From assembly GCA_913060865.1 (NCBI GenBank), contig CAJXTU010000006.1, positions 19,009 through 83,008 of the forward strand: a stretch of 64,000 nt of DNA, written 5' to 3'. The notes under the pieces were generated by a model. It was not told where the DNA came from and ran no database searches. It saw only the letters and a program-made list of their open reading frames with translations. The DNA is from an uncultured Cycloclasticus sp. GTDB taxonomy: Bacteria > Pseudomonadota > Gammaproteobacteria > Methylococcales > Cycloclasticaceae. Both the position numbers and the translations under genes were made by a program. This document shows, piece by piece, positions 9,626-19,024 of the stretch (position 1 is its first letter; every line of letters begins with the position of its first letter).

Positions 9626-10524
9626 TCAACATCCTCCTGCCAGCGAATAACTGTATCAGCGGGCAAACCTGGGCTTAAGCTGTGATCGGGGTTCTCATCC
9701 AAATAAAGTTTAACCGCATACACCAATTTAACCCGTTCATCAGGTGTTTGAACCTCTTTAGGGGTAAATTCAGCTTGTGAGGCGATATAGCGCACTGTTG
9801 CCGAAAAAGGTTTATCAGGGAAGGCATCGGTGTATACACGGGCCGCTAAACCCAGTCTAACTTTACCTATCACCTTTTCAGGAATATAGACTTTTAAGTA
9901 AAGCCGATCAAGATCGACAATATCAAACAAGGGGCTGCCCGCAGCGACCACTTCGCCTTCATCAGCCAGCCGAGTGGTAATGATGCCGCTGGCCGGCGCA
10001 CGAATCGTCAAATCATCTTGAATGCTCTGTACTTCTTGCAAGCTAGCTTTAGCAACACCACATTGCGCCTTCGCAGCCGCCAGCCTGTCTTTAGTTACTT
10101 TCCAGGCAAGCTCAGTCCGCTCTGCTTCTTGCTGACTCACTGATCGTTTTTCTAATAAATTTTGCAGCCGATTATTATCCCGTAGACTTTGCTGTTCTGA
10201 CGTTTCAGCAGCATCACACTGAGCTTTAGCGGCAACAACAGCATTCTGCGCTTGTATCACCTTTGCTTGTATTTGTGCATCATCCAGGCGCGCTAAAACC
10301 TGCCCTTTAGTAACCGTATCACCTTCACGTGCTTTAAGTTCTACCACTCTACCGGGGAACTTGCTGGCAACACTGTAATGATCACCCTCAATACGACCAT
10401 TGGCCTGAATTAACCCTTCAGGCAAGGGTTCTTTATGAAACCATAGCCAGCCAACTGTGATAGCAATACTCGCTACTAAACCAATCAATAACAGTACGAC
10501 CACGTTTTTTGTTGAAACACTCAT
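9604..10524 (-). CDS. HlyD-family membrane fusion protein (YbhG-like)
   Basis: N-terminal TM, ANGRIEG, lipoyl halves, AEFTPKEVQTPDERVKLVYAVK motif. Confidence 0.9.
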   Translation of the reverse strand: MSVSTKNVVVLLLIGLVASIAITVGWLWFHKEPLPEGLIQANGRIEGDHYSVASKFPGRVVELKAREGDTVTKGQVLARLDDAQIQAKVIQAQNAVVAAKAQCDAAETSEQQSLRDNNRLQNLLEKRSVSQQEAERTELAWKVTKDRLAAAKAQCGVAKASLQEVQSIQDDLTIRAPASGIITTRLADEGEVVAAGSPLFDIVDLDRLYLKVYIPEKVIGKVRLGLAARVYTDAFPDKPFSATVRYIASQAEFTPKEVQTPDERVKLVYAVKLYLDENPDHSLSPGLPADTVIRWQEDVEWANPRW

Positions 10525-10589
10525 CCTTTAACTCCATGTGTTACATTTATTCCAACCACTAAACATACTTCAACTCTTCATTCATTCAA

Positions 10590-10613
10590 GCGATGTAATA
10601 AAGAGTACATCGC
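10590..10613. promoter_or_regulatory. Perfect inverted repeat, candidate operator upstream of the exporter operon
   Basis: GCGATGTA-N8-TACATCGC, about 65 bp upstream of the HlyD start. Confidence 0.45.
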
Positions 10614-10686
10614 AGCGTATCTGTATAAAATTAACTTAGCGCCCTAGTGCTACCAAATATATAAGAATTATTTGTATATACACCAT

Positions 10687-10731
10687 AAAAAAAGCCCTTC
10701 GCTATTGTAAAACAATGGACTCAGGGCTTTT
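10687..10731 (-). terminator. Intrinsic terminator of ssb
   Basis: AAAAGCCCT...AGGGCTTTT stem with inner ATTGT/ACAAT pairing and a U-tract on the minus strand. Confidence 0.75.
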
Positions 10732-10759
10732 ATTTTAACAAAACTAAAAAAGGTGAAAA

Positions 10760-11221
10760 TTAGAATGGAATATCGTCATCAAAATCATCCATTGGAGCTG
10801 TCGTAGGCTGCGCCGGTGCTGATGAGAAATTACTTGGCTTAGACGCCCCACCCGCTGGTGAAAATTCAGCTGAGCCACCGCCTCGGCTATCTAACATTTG
10901 CATGGTGCTGGCTTTTATTTCTGTGGTGTAGCGATCTTGCCCACTTTGGTCCTGCCATTTACGCGTTTGCAAAGCACCTTCCACATAGATTTTAGAGCCT
11001 TTTTTTAGATACTCTCCAACGACTTCAGCCAAGCGATTGAAAAACACCACTCGGTGCCATTCTGTCTGTTCCTTTTGCTCGCCTGTGTTTTTATCTTTCC
11101 ACGTTTCTGATGTTGCCACCGTTACATTTGCAACGGCTCCACCACTAGGCATGTAACGAATCTCAGGATCTTTACCTAAGTTACCCACCAAAATTACTTT
11201 ATTTACGCCTCTACTTGCCAT
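10760..11221 (-). CDS. ssb: Single-stranded DNA-binding protein
   Basis: [16 protein letters not shown] start with GGAG RBS; acidic tail DFDDDIPF. Confidence 0.98.
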   Translation of the reverse strand: MASRGVNKVILVGNLGKDPEIRYMPSGGAVANVTVATSETWKDKNTGEQKEQTEWHRVVFFNRLAEVVGEYLKKGSKIYVEGALQTRKWQDQSGQDRYTTEIKASTMQMLDSRGGGSAEFSPAGGASKPSNFSSAPAQPTTAPMDDFDDDIPF

Positions 11222-11275
11222 GTCGTGCTCCGGTTGTTCTTGCCCCAATGGGGCTTGGGTTTAAATTTTGATTTA

Positions 11276-12685
11276 TCAGCCTATATTAAGCTCAGTCTCT
11301 TTGACCACAGGGATGATCGCATCCAGTGCCACTTCATCTAACAATTCATTGTCTACCTTTAGATAGGCAGTTGAATCATCAACCGAAATACCAACATCTA
11401 GCACCCCTTTTACCGCTAATAGCTTATCAGTTATTTGAGTTACTTGCTCAGCCGTTTCTACCTGTACATGTTTCAACAGGCTACTCATATGGCGTGGAGC
11501 TTTCATACTTAAAGCCACTAAGAACCAAACAAATAAAACAGAGGAACAGACCAAAAATACGTCTGCCAAACCATAATTACTCCATATCAGTCCACCCATT
11601 AAGCCGCCACAAAAAGCACCAAAAAACTGCGAGCTTGAATAAACACCCATCGCCGTCCCTTTACCACCGGCAAACGCTATTTTAGAGATCAACGAGGGCA
11701 GGCTTGCCTCTAATAAATTAAACGCGGTAAAAAACACAAATAAAGATACCAGCATGCCCCACAAGTGCCCACTAAATAAATACAAACCGAGGCTGGCCAA
11801 CGATAAGGTTGCTACGGCACTGACAAAAACGGCTTTCATCTTGCGCTTTTTTTCCGCGATAATTATAAATGGCACCATCGCAATAACAGACAAACCCAAA
11901 ACAGGCAAATACACCATCCAATGATCTTCCGCAGCAATACCTAATTTCCCCCGCATCAATAAGGGCAATACTACAAACATTGCTGTCATCACTAAGTGCA
12001 AACAAAAAATACCAAAATCAAGCCGTAATAACTGAGCATCCTTTAGCACTTTACCCATTAATGCGGGAATCGGTTCTGCATCTTTATGCACAGATATTTT
12101 TTTAGGTTGAGGCACCACCTTATGCAAGATGAGAATACCCATTATCGCCAAAACGGCTGTAAACCAAAAGATACCCTGTAAACCGACGACCGATGCTAGC
12201 AGTGGTCCAAGTACCATTGCGATACCAAATGAAATGCCAATGCTGATGCCAATCGTTGCCATTATTTTGGTGCGATTTTGCTCTAATGTTAAGTCGGCAG
12301 CCAATGCCATAATTGCCGCCGCAACTGCACCACTGCCCTGCAAGGCTCGGCCAATAATAATGCCGTATATCGTCGTTGACATGGCCGCCACCACACTGCC
12401 GGCAACAAATAACAATAGGCCAATAGTAATTATTTTTTTACGCCCAAAACGATCTGACATCAAACCAAATGGGATTTGTAATAGTGCCTGCGTTAAACCA
12501 TAAACACTGATAGACAGGCCCAGCAAAACAGGGGTAATGCCTTCGAGATGCTCGGTATACAAAGACATCACCGGCAAGATCATAAACAAGCCGAGCATAC
12601 GCATAGAAAAGATGCCCGCCAAACCTAAGCTGGCTCTTTTCTCTTGTTCACTCATGGTTGATGGTTGGACTGAAGAATCAGCCAT
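11276..12685 (-). CDS. MFS transporter, YajR-like, with C-terminal soluble domain
   Basis: RMLGLFMILPV, motif A SDRFGRK, 12 TMs, typical uvrA-MFS-ssb synteny. Confidence 0.88.
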   Translation of the reverse strand: MADSSVQPSTMSEQEKRASLGLAGIFSMRMLGLFMILPVMSLYTEHLEGITPVLLGLSISVYGLTQALLQIPFGLMSDRFGRKKIITIGLLLFVAGSVVAAMSTTIYGIIIGRALQGSGAVAAAIMALAADLTLEQNRTKIMATIGISIGISFGIAMVLGPLLASVVGLQGIFWFTAVLAIMGILILHKVVPQPKKISVHKDAEPIPALMGKVLKDAQLLRLDFGIFCLHLVMTAMFVVLPLLMRGKLGIAAEDHWMVYLPVLGLSVIAMVPFIIIAEKKRKMKAVFVSAVATLSLASLGLYLFSGHLWGMLVSLFVFFTAFNLLEASLPSLISKIAFAGGKGTAMGVYSSSQFFGAFCGGLMGGLIWSNYGLADVFLVCSSVLFVWFLVALSMKAPRHMSSLLKHVQVETAEQVTQITDKLLAVKGVLDVGISVDDSTAYLKVDNELLDEVALDAIIPVVKETELNIG

Positions 12686-12753
12686 AATTACTTTGCCTAG
12701 GCTTTAAAAAGAGGGGTATATTAACAGGTTTGGCGCTTTAATTAGACACGTAA

Positions 12754-15594
12754 ATGGACACTATTCAAATTCGCGGTGCAAGAACCCATAACTTAAAAGA
12801 AATTGACCTTGACCTGCCTCGAGATAAATTGATTGTTATCACGGGGCTATCCGGTTCTGGCAAATCTTCTTTAGCCTTCGACACCATTTACGCTGAGGGT
12901 CAGCGTCGTTATGTCGAATCGTTATCAGCCTATGCGAGACAGTTTTTGTCGGTGATGGAAAAGCCCGATGTCGACCACATTGAAGGCTTATCACCGGCTA
13001 TTTCTATTGAGCAAAAATCCACCTCTCATAACCCACGCTCAACAGTTGGGACGATTACAGAAATTTATGATTACTTACGGCTATTATTTGCCAGAACAGG
13101 TATTCCTCAATGCCCCGACCACGGCACCTCGTTAGAAGCGCAAACGATTACTCAAATGGTGGATTCTGTTCTCGCGCTTAACCCAAATAAACGCTGGATG
13201 TTATTAGCGCCTGTTATCCAAGAACGTAAAGGCGAACACTTTAATACGTTAAGTGATTTACGCAATCAAGGTTTTATTCGTGCACGTATTGATGGTGAAG
13301 TTGTTGAACTAGACGATGCTCCACCGTTAGAGTTAAAGAAGAAACACACCATAGAAGTTATCGTGGATCGATTCAAAATTCGTAACGATTTATCTACTCG
13401 ACTCGCCGAGTCTTTCGAAACGGCTTTAAAGCTCACCGAGGGCATTGCCGTCATCAGCAGCATAGATGATGACGAAGAAATTCTATTTTCCGCACGTTTT
13501 GCCTGCCCAACATGCGGATACAGCATCAGTGAATTAGAGCCACGAAGCTTCTCGTTTAACAGCCCAAAGGGGGCTTGCTCAAGCTGTGATGGCTTAGGCA
13601 TTAAACAATACATTGATTCTACACAAGTATTACATAGCCCCGATATTAGCCTTGCCGGTGGCGCTATCCGCGGTTGGGATAAGCGTAATATGTACTACTA
13701 CCAAATGGTCATGTCGCTGGCAAAACATTATCATTTTGATCCAGAAGAGCCGTTTAATTCTTACTCAGAAGAAATCCAACACGCTATTTTATTTGGTAGT
13801 GGTGATGAACCAATCAACTTTACAACACTCAACAGCCGGGGCGAATCAGTTAAACGTACTCACCCTTTTGAGGGTGTTATTCATAGTATGGAACGTCGCT
13901 ATCGTGAAACCGATTCGAGTACCGTGCGAGATGAATTGGCCAAGTACCTATCGAGCAAAGCCTGCCCAGACTGTCATGGCCAACGTTTAAACACCGCTGC
14001 TCGCCATGTCTTTGTTAATACGCACACCTTGCCTGCCATCACCAACCTTTCCATTCGCCAATCTAGCGCCCTATTTGCCTCTCTAGAACTTGCTGGGCAT
14101 CGTGGCGAAATCGCCAAAAAAATCATCAAGGAAATTAAAGCCCGTCTCGATTTTTTAATTAACGTGGGCTTAGACTACCTTTCGCTAGACCGAAGCGCAG
14201 ACACATTGTCGGGCGGCGAGGCTCAACGAATACGCCTAGCCAGCCAAATTGGTGCCGGGCTTGTAGGCGTTATGTATGTCTTAGATGAACCGTCCATTGG
14301 CTTGCACCAACGAGATAATCAACGCCTCATCAATACGCTGTTCCACCTGCGTGACATCGGCAATACCGTTATTGTTGTTGAACACGATGAAGATGCTATT
14401 TTAGCCGCTGACCATGTGGTTGATATTGGGCCAAAAGCTGGTATTCATGGCGGAGAAATTATTGCTCAAGGCACGCCACAGGAGATTATCAACAACCCCA
14501 ACTCGACAACCGGGCAATACCTGTCGGGGCAGCAATATATTGCCGTGCCAAACAAGCGCCACCAAGCCGATACGACAAAAAAGTTGCGCATTAATAATGC
14601 TCGCGCCAACAACTTAAAAAATGTTAGCGTTGATATCCCTATCGGTTTATTTACTTGCGTCACGGGCGTGTCTGGTTCAGGAAAATCAACCCTGATCAAC
14701 GAAACCTTGTACCCAACCGTCGCAAAAGTACTCAATAAATCATCGCTGCCCATCGCAGCCAATGATGGTGTTGATGGCTTAAAACAGATTGATAAAGTTG
14801 TCGACATCGATCAAAGCCCGATTGGCCGTACGCCTCGCTCAAACCCTGCCACTTATACGGGGCTTTTCACACCGATTCGGGAGCTATTTGCGGCAACCCC
14901 AGAAGCTCGATCACGCGGTTATACACCAGGCCGATTCAGCTTTAACGTAAAAGGTGGCCGCTGTGAAACCTGTAAAGGGGATGGCGTTATTAAGGTAGAA
15001 ATGCACTTTCTTGCCGATGTTTACGTCAATTGTGAAAGCTGTAAAGGCCAACGTTACGGTCGAGAAACCTTAGAGGTTCGCTATAAAGGCAAAACCATCC
15101 ACGAGGTACTGTCAATGACGGTTGAGGATGCCTGTGTATTTTTTGACGCCATACCCGTCATCTCTAGAAAACTCCAAACTCTAATGGACGTGGGGCTTGG
15201 CTATATCACCTTAGGACAAAATGCCGTCACCTTATCCGGTGGAGAGGCTCAGCGCGTGAAGCTATCTCGTGAATTATCGAAACGCGACACAGGCAAAACC
15301 TTATATATCCTTGATGAACCCACCACCGGCTTACACTTTGCCGATATTCAGCAGTTACTCACCGTTTTACATACGCTGCGTGACCACGGAAATACGCTCG
15401 TTGTTATTGAGCATAATCTCGATGTTATAAAAACGGCTGATTGGGTCATTGATATGGGTCCCGAAGGTGGCGATGGTGGCGGTCAAGTTATCGCTGAAGG
15501 CACGCCTGAAGCCGTTGCTCAATGTAGTGATTCTCACACGGGACATTACCTTAAAGACTTCCTAAGCAAAGCTATCAATAGCCAGTCGGCATAA
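12754..15594 (+). CDS. uvrA: Excinuclease ABC subunit A
   Basis: GARTHNLK, two Walker A ([16 protein letters not shown]), zinc fingers, two LSGGEAQR. Confidence 0.99.
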   Translation: MDTIQIRGARTHNLKEIDLDLPRDKLIVITGLSGSGKSSLAFDTIYAEGQRRYVESLSAYARQFLSVMEKPDVDHIEGLSPAISIEQKSTSHNPRSTVGTITEIYDYLRLLFARTGIPQCPDHGTSLEAQTITQMVDSVLALNPNKRWMLLAPVIQERKGEHFNTLSDLRNQGFIRARIDGEVVELDDAPPLELKKKHTIEVIVDRFKIRNDLSTRLAESFETALKLTEGIAVISSIDDDEEILFSARFACPTCGYSISELEPRSFSFNSPKGACSSCDGLGIKQYIDSTQVLHSPDISLAGGAIRGWDKRNMYYYQMVMSLAKHYHFDPEEPFNSYSEEIQHAILFGSGDEPINFTTLNSRGESVKRTHPFEGVIHSMERRYRETDSSTVRDELAKYLSSKACPDCHGQRLNTAARHVFVNTHTLPAITNLSIRQSSALFASLELAGHRGEIAKKIIKEIKARLDFLINVGLDYLSLDRSADTLSGGEAQRIRLASQIGAGLVGVMYVLDEPSIGLHQRDNQRLINTLFHLRDIGNTVIVVEHDEDAILAADHVVDIGPKAGIHGGEIIAQGTPQEIINNPNSTTGQYLSGQQYIAVPNKRHQADTTKKLRINNARANNLKNVSVDIPIGLFTCVTGVSGSGKSTLINETLYPTVAKVLNKSSLPIAANDGVDGLKQIDKVVDIDQSPIGRTPRSNPATYTGLFTPIRELFAATPEARSRGYTPGRFSFNVKGGRCETCKGDGVIKVEMHFLADVYVNCESCKGQRYGRETLEVRYKGKTIHEVLSMTVEDACVFFDAIPVISRKLQTLMDVGLGYITLGQNAVTLSGGEAQRVKLSRELSKRDTGKTLYILDEPTTGLHFADIQQLLTVLHTLRDHGNTLVVIEHNLDVIKTADWVIDMGPEGGDGGGQVIAEGTPEAVAQCSDSHTGHYLKDFLSKAINSQSA

Positions 15595-15606
15595 AAAGGA
15601 CTTATT

Positions 15607-16512
15607 TTGATTAACACCGCCACTAAACTTTTCCCCGTTTGGGCGATATTATTGTCCCTCGTCGCTTATGCACTGCCTGGCCTATTTATACCGCTAAAAC
15701 CTAGCCTCTTTTTCTTGCTCGGCCTGGTGATGTTTGGCATGGGCATCAGTCTGAAAGCCAGCGATTTTTTGCGTATTCTCAAATCGCCCAAGCCTATCGT
15801 TCTCGGTTTATTGCTGCAATTTATATGTATGCCATTTTTTGCTTGGGGCATATCCACTTGGTTACAGTTACCACTAGCGTTAGCGAGTGGTATGGTTCTC
15901 GTCGGTGCAAGCCCCGGCGGCACTGCCTCTAATGTTATCTGCTATTTAGCTAAAGGTAACGTAGCCTTGTCTATCACCATCACTACTTTCTCGACCTTAT
16001 TGGCGGTCATTGCCACCCCTACATTAAGCCTGCTCTATCTTGGAAAGCACGTTGATGTACCGGCAATGAAAATGCTCATGGATATCGTAAAGATTATTAT
16101 TTTACCCGTCGCTGCAGGGGTTATTGTTAATCAAGTTTTTGGCCGTTTTTTACACTCAACTAGGCAGGTATTTCCGTTGATTTCTGTCTTTGCCATCGTG
16201 TTAATTATTGCCATTATTGTCGCACTCAATCAATCTCGTTTAGGCTCTGTTGGAGCCTTATTGATTGCCGCTGTTGCCATGCATAATGCTCTTGGCTTAG
16301 TCGTGGGGTATTGGTTGCCTCGTGCGTTTGGTATGGATCAACGCACATGCAAAACCCTGTCGATTGAAGTTGGTATGCAAAACTCTGGTTTGGCTGTGGC
16401 CTTGGCTGTTAAATACTTCGCACCAGTTGCCGCCTTACCAGGCGCTCTATTTTCCTTGTGGCATAATTTGACGGGCTCACTGCTCGCCTCTTTTTGGTCG
16501 CGCGCTAAATAA
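15607..16512 (+). CDS. Bile acid:Na+ symporter family transporter (PanS-like)
   Basis: SPGGTASNV and SIEVGMQNSGLA motifs; TTG start after an AAGGA RBS. Confidence 0.88.
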   Translation: MINTATKLFPVWAILLSLVAYALPGLFIPLKPSLFFLLGLVMFGMGISLKASDFLRILKSPKPIVLGLLLQFICMPFFAWGISTWLQLPLALASGMVLVGASPGGTASNVICYLAKGNVALSITITTFSTLLAVIATPTLSLLYLGKHVDVPAMKMLMDIVKIIILPVAAGVIVNQVFGRFLHSTRQVFPLISVFAIVLIIAIIVALNQSRLGSVGALLIAAVAMHNALGLVVGYWLPRAFGMDQRTCKTLSIEVGMQNSGLAVALAVKYFAPVAALPGALFSLWHNLTGSLLASFWSRAK

Positions 16513-16519
16513 TCAGCAT

Positions 16520-16549
16520 AAAAAACACCCTCTATTTGATAGAGGGCGC
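16520..16549. terminator. Intrinsic terminator between convergent BASS gene and tupA
   Basis: CCCTCTAT-TTG-ATAGAGGG stem with a U-tract on the minus strand. Confidence 0.8.
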
Positions 16550-16573
16550 TTATCAAGCTTAAGCTAGCGTTAA

Positions 16574-17383
16574 TTACTGAGCGTCAGGGTAAAACAACTG
16601 CTGACCACCTTTGCGAAAGCTCGCGATGATGTCTTGACCTTCTTTGCTCGTTACGAATTTAATATACTTCATTGCTAGGTCGTACTTAACGCCTTTATGC
16701 TTTTCAGGGTTAACAGCCATCACATGGTAGGGGTTAAATAAAGCATCATCTCCTTCAAACAATACCTTCAACGACACTTTATCAGCAAAAGCAATTTGAG
16801 TACCTCGGTCTGTTAATGCATATGCTTGCTTTTCATTCGCTATATTTAGCACGGCACCCATGCCTTGGCCCACGTCTACATACCAATCTCCGACAGGTGT
16901 AACACCCCCTTTTTGCCATAAAAGCCTTTCTTTCTTATGCGTGCCTGAGTCATCACCCCTAGAAATAAAAGCCGCCTCTACATCGGCAATTCTTTGCAAT
17001 GCTTCTTCGACGGTCCCCGCCGTGGCTAATCTTGCTGGGTCATTGGCCGGCCCTATCAGCACAAAGTCATTATGCATCACAGCTTTACGATCAATAAAAT
17101 CACCAGACTTAACATATTTCAATTCTGCGCCTGGCGCATGAACAAACACCACATCAACATCACCTTGTGCACCCATTCTCAATGCTTTACCTGTACCGAC
17201 CGCAATCGCTTCAAGCTTGATACCGTACTGCGCTTCAAACGCAGGGTTTAACACCGCCAATAACCCTGAGTTTTCTGTACTGGTGGTGGTTGACATTCTA
17301 AGCACATCCGATGCTAAGCTGGCCGGTGCCACCATAGCTAATGTACTTAAACCTACAAATAACACTGCTTTAATTATTCTCAT
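16574..17383 (-). CDS. tupA: Tungstate ABC transporter periplasmic binding protein
   Basis: Signal peptide; STTTSTENSGLL (TTTS motif), VGTGKAL, HNDFVLIGP, FISRGDDSGTH, NPYHVMAVNP. Confidence 0.88.
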   Translation of the reverse strand: MRIIKAVLFVGLSTLAMVAPASLASDVLRMSTTTSTENSGLLAVLNPAFEAQYGIKLEAIAVGTGKALRMGAQGDVDVVFVHAPGAELKYVKSGDFIDRKAVMHNDFVLIGPANDPARLATAGTVEEALQRIADVEAAFISRGDDSGTHKKERLLWQKGGVTPVGDWYVDVGQGMGAVLNIANEKQAYALTDRGTQIAFADKVSLKVLFEGDDALFNPYHVMAVNPEKHKGVKYDLAMKYIKFVTSKEGQDIIASFRKGGQQLFYPDAQ

Positions 17384-17460
17384 CTAACATCCCCTCTTAC
17401 TTAAGTCATTAATTTTATTCATAACACTTAAGACGGCTAATAAAAGCCGCATTTCATTGC

Positions 17461-18819
17461 CTAGAATGCCCATTGACCGCGAAGCTGCATAATGTCGGCT
17501 TCTTCATTTTCGTGCGCTCCACCGTCCACTTCTAATACTTTGATGTAGTTGGCAGAAAAACGTAAACCTGCTACTGGAAACCAATTTAGACCCAGTGTCA
17601 TATTGTCCATCTCACCACCGTCTATGCCAGAATCCACTAAATCAATCGTGCTATAGCGAAGCGCTAGTTCCCACGCACCCATACCACCGTTACCAAACGG
17701 GCTATTCGGTTTAACGGCTTTAAATTTTGCACCTTTGTGAGTATACGGGCGCGTATCATCCGTTAGGAACCAACCTGTTTGTGCGTACCAACCATCAAAT
17801 GTAGGGTCGCTTGTCGTCTCGCGGTCTAACTGAGTACGGATATATTCCATTTGGCCAGAAAACCTATCTTGAACAACCGCTAATTCAGCCCCTAATGATA
17901 GGTAGCTATCAACATCCATTAGTTTGCCCGTATCCACAAAATTCACGCCTGATATGTTGGTTTCCGGCTGCTGTTTGAATTGAACCTCACCACCACGGCT
18001 ACTACGGTAATTTGCCGCCAACCCTAAATGAACTAACGAGCCCTTTTCATTCACTGGCATCCAAGTAGCACGCCCCCCTAATCCCCAACCTTCATCATCT
18101 GAGCCACCATTGGTACTCGCTTTATCACCAAACACACCAAGTGCTGTTGTCCAGTGCTGACGGTTAATGCTGCCCATTACGCCAATATGTCTGCCTGCCG
18201 TAAAGGCATCAATAGACGCTCTTTCGGTAAATTGCGTATTATTATCACTCACTTGATCTTGCAGCATAAAAGGATCTCTAAAGTGCCCAGCCTTAACACT
18301 TAGGCCTGCAAAATCAAACCCGTTATAACCCACCCAAATATCGGTAATGCCTTTTCTTGTATCCCCTGTTCCGGCAAAATCATATTCAAACTTATAGAAC
18401 CAATCTTTATTTACCGTGCCTTTAATATAAAGCCTTGCACGGCGTACCTTCGTACCATCGCCCAACGTACTACCTGTTGCCGAATCATCTTCGCCATACC
18501 AAGCTGAATCTAACTGCATTCGACCGCCGATTTTTGTAGTGAAATCGCCATCACGTGATTTAACAGCCAAGCCACCTTTATCAACATTCACTTCAACGCT
18601 TGTTGCCTTATCAAGCTTTTCTTGAATCTCGGCTGCCTGCGCTACCGTTTTTTGTTCTGAAGCGTGCGCTTCGGCTAATACACGTTGATATTGCGCATCT
18701 GATATCGTGCCATTTTCATGCAGCAACATGAGCAGCGTTTTAAGCTCCGAACCGGCGTGTGCTGGTGATGATAATCCGGCACAAACGGCCATTGCTAACG
18801 CTAACTTATTAAATTTCAT
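17461..18819 (-). CDS. OprO/OprP-family oxyanion-selective outer-membrane porin
   Basis: Signal peptide from ATG 18819 (AAGGA RBS), KIGGRMQLD, RRARLYIKG, GAWELALRYS, C-terminal aromatic QWAF. Confidence 0.85.
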   Translation of the reverse strand: MKFNKLALAMAVCAGLSSPAHAGSELKTLLMLLHENGTISDAQYQRVLAEAHASEQKTVAQAAEIQEKLDKATSVEVNVDKGGLAVKSRDGDFTTKIGGRMQLDSAWYGEDDSATGSTLGDGTKVRRARLYIKGTVNKDWFYKFEYDFAGTGDTRKGITDIWVGYNGFDFAGLSVKAGHFRDPFMLQDQVSDNNTQFTERASIDAFTAGRHIGVMGSINRQHWTTALGVFGDKASTNGGSDDEGWGLGGRATWMPVNEKGSLVHLGLAANYRSSRGGEVQFKQQPETNISGVNFVDTGKLMDVDSYLSLGAELAVVQDRFSGQMEYIRTQLDRETTSDPTFDGWYAQTGWFLTDDTRPYTHKGAKFKAVKPNSPFGNGGMGAWELALRYSTIDLVDSGIDGGEMDNMTLGLNWFPVAGLRFSANYIKVLEVDGGAHENEEADIMQLRGQWAF

Positions 18820-18863
18820 TCGTTTTTCCTTATTATTGATTCCCAAAATACCTGTTGGCACAA

Positions 18864-18880
18864 AGCAAAACCAATGCCAA
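18864..18880 (-). promoter_or_regulatory. Sigma54 (-24/-12) promoter of the porin-tupA unit
   Basis: Minus strand TTGGCATTGGTTTTGCT = GG-N10-GC in TGGCA...TTGC context, about 45 bp upstream of the porin ATG. Confidence 0.85.
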
Positions 18881-18897
18881 CGGGTTTGCTATTTCTT

Positions 18898-18910
18898 CAA
18901 CTAACTGATT
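18898..18910 (-). promoter_or_regulatory. IHF binding site
   Basis: Minus strand AATCAG-TTAG-TTG matches WATCAR-N4-TTR, preceded by an A/T tract, lying between the sigma54 promoter and the activator sites. Confidence 0.7.
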
Positions 18911-18965
18911 AATAAAAAATTTTCTGAATCCTACTTAATCACGTATCAAAGATGCACTAGACTTA

Positions 18966-19012
18966 TGTGACATTTTGTCTCAAGATACAAAGTCTTTTGA
19001 CAGAATGTCTCA
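18966..19012. promoter_or_regulatory. Tandem upstream activator palindromes
   Basis: TGTGACA-TTT-TGTCTCA (18966-18982) and TTTGACA-GAA-TGTCTCA (18996-19012), 30 bp apart. Confidence 0.7.
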
Positions 19013-19024
19013 TCACTATTTTTC

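Noticed and set aside
10621-10636. SOS box CTGTATAAAATTAACT
   Set aside because: The right half is AACT, not ACAG, and it is downstream of ssb rather than in a repair-gene promoter.
18820-18863. Moco/tungsten-cofactor riboswitch upstream of the porin-tupA unit
   Set aside because: The predicted 5' UTR is only about 35 nt, too short, and no matching structure is visible.
18855-18872. Plus-strand TTGGCAC as a sigma54 promoter for the activator gene
   Set aside because: There is no GC at the -12 position (GG-N10-AA); only the minus-strand element has correct spacing.
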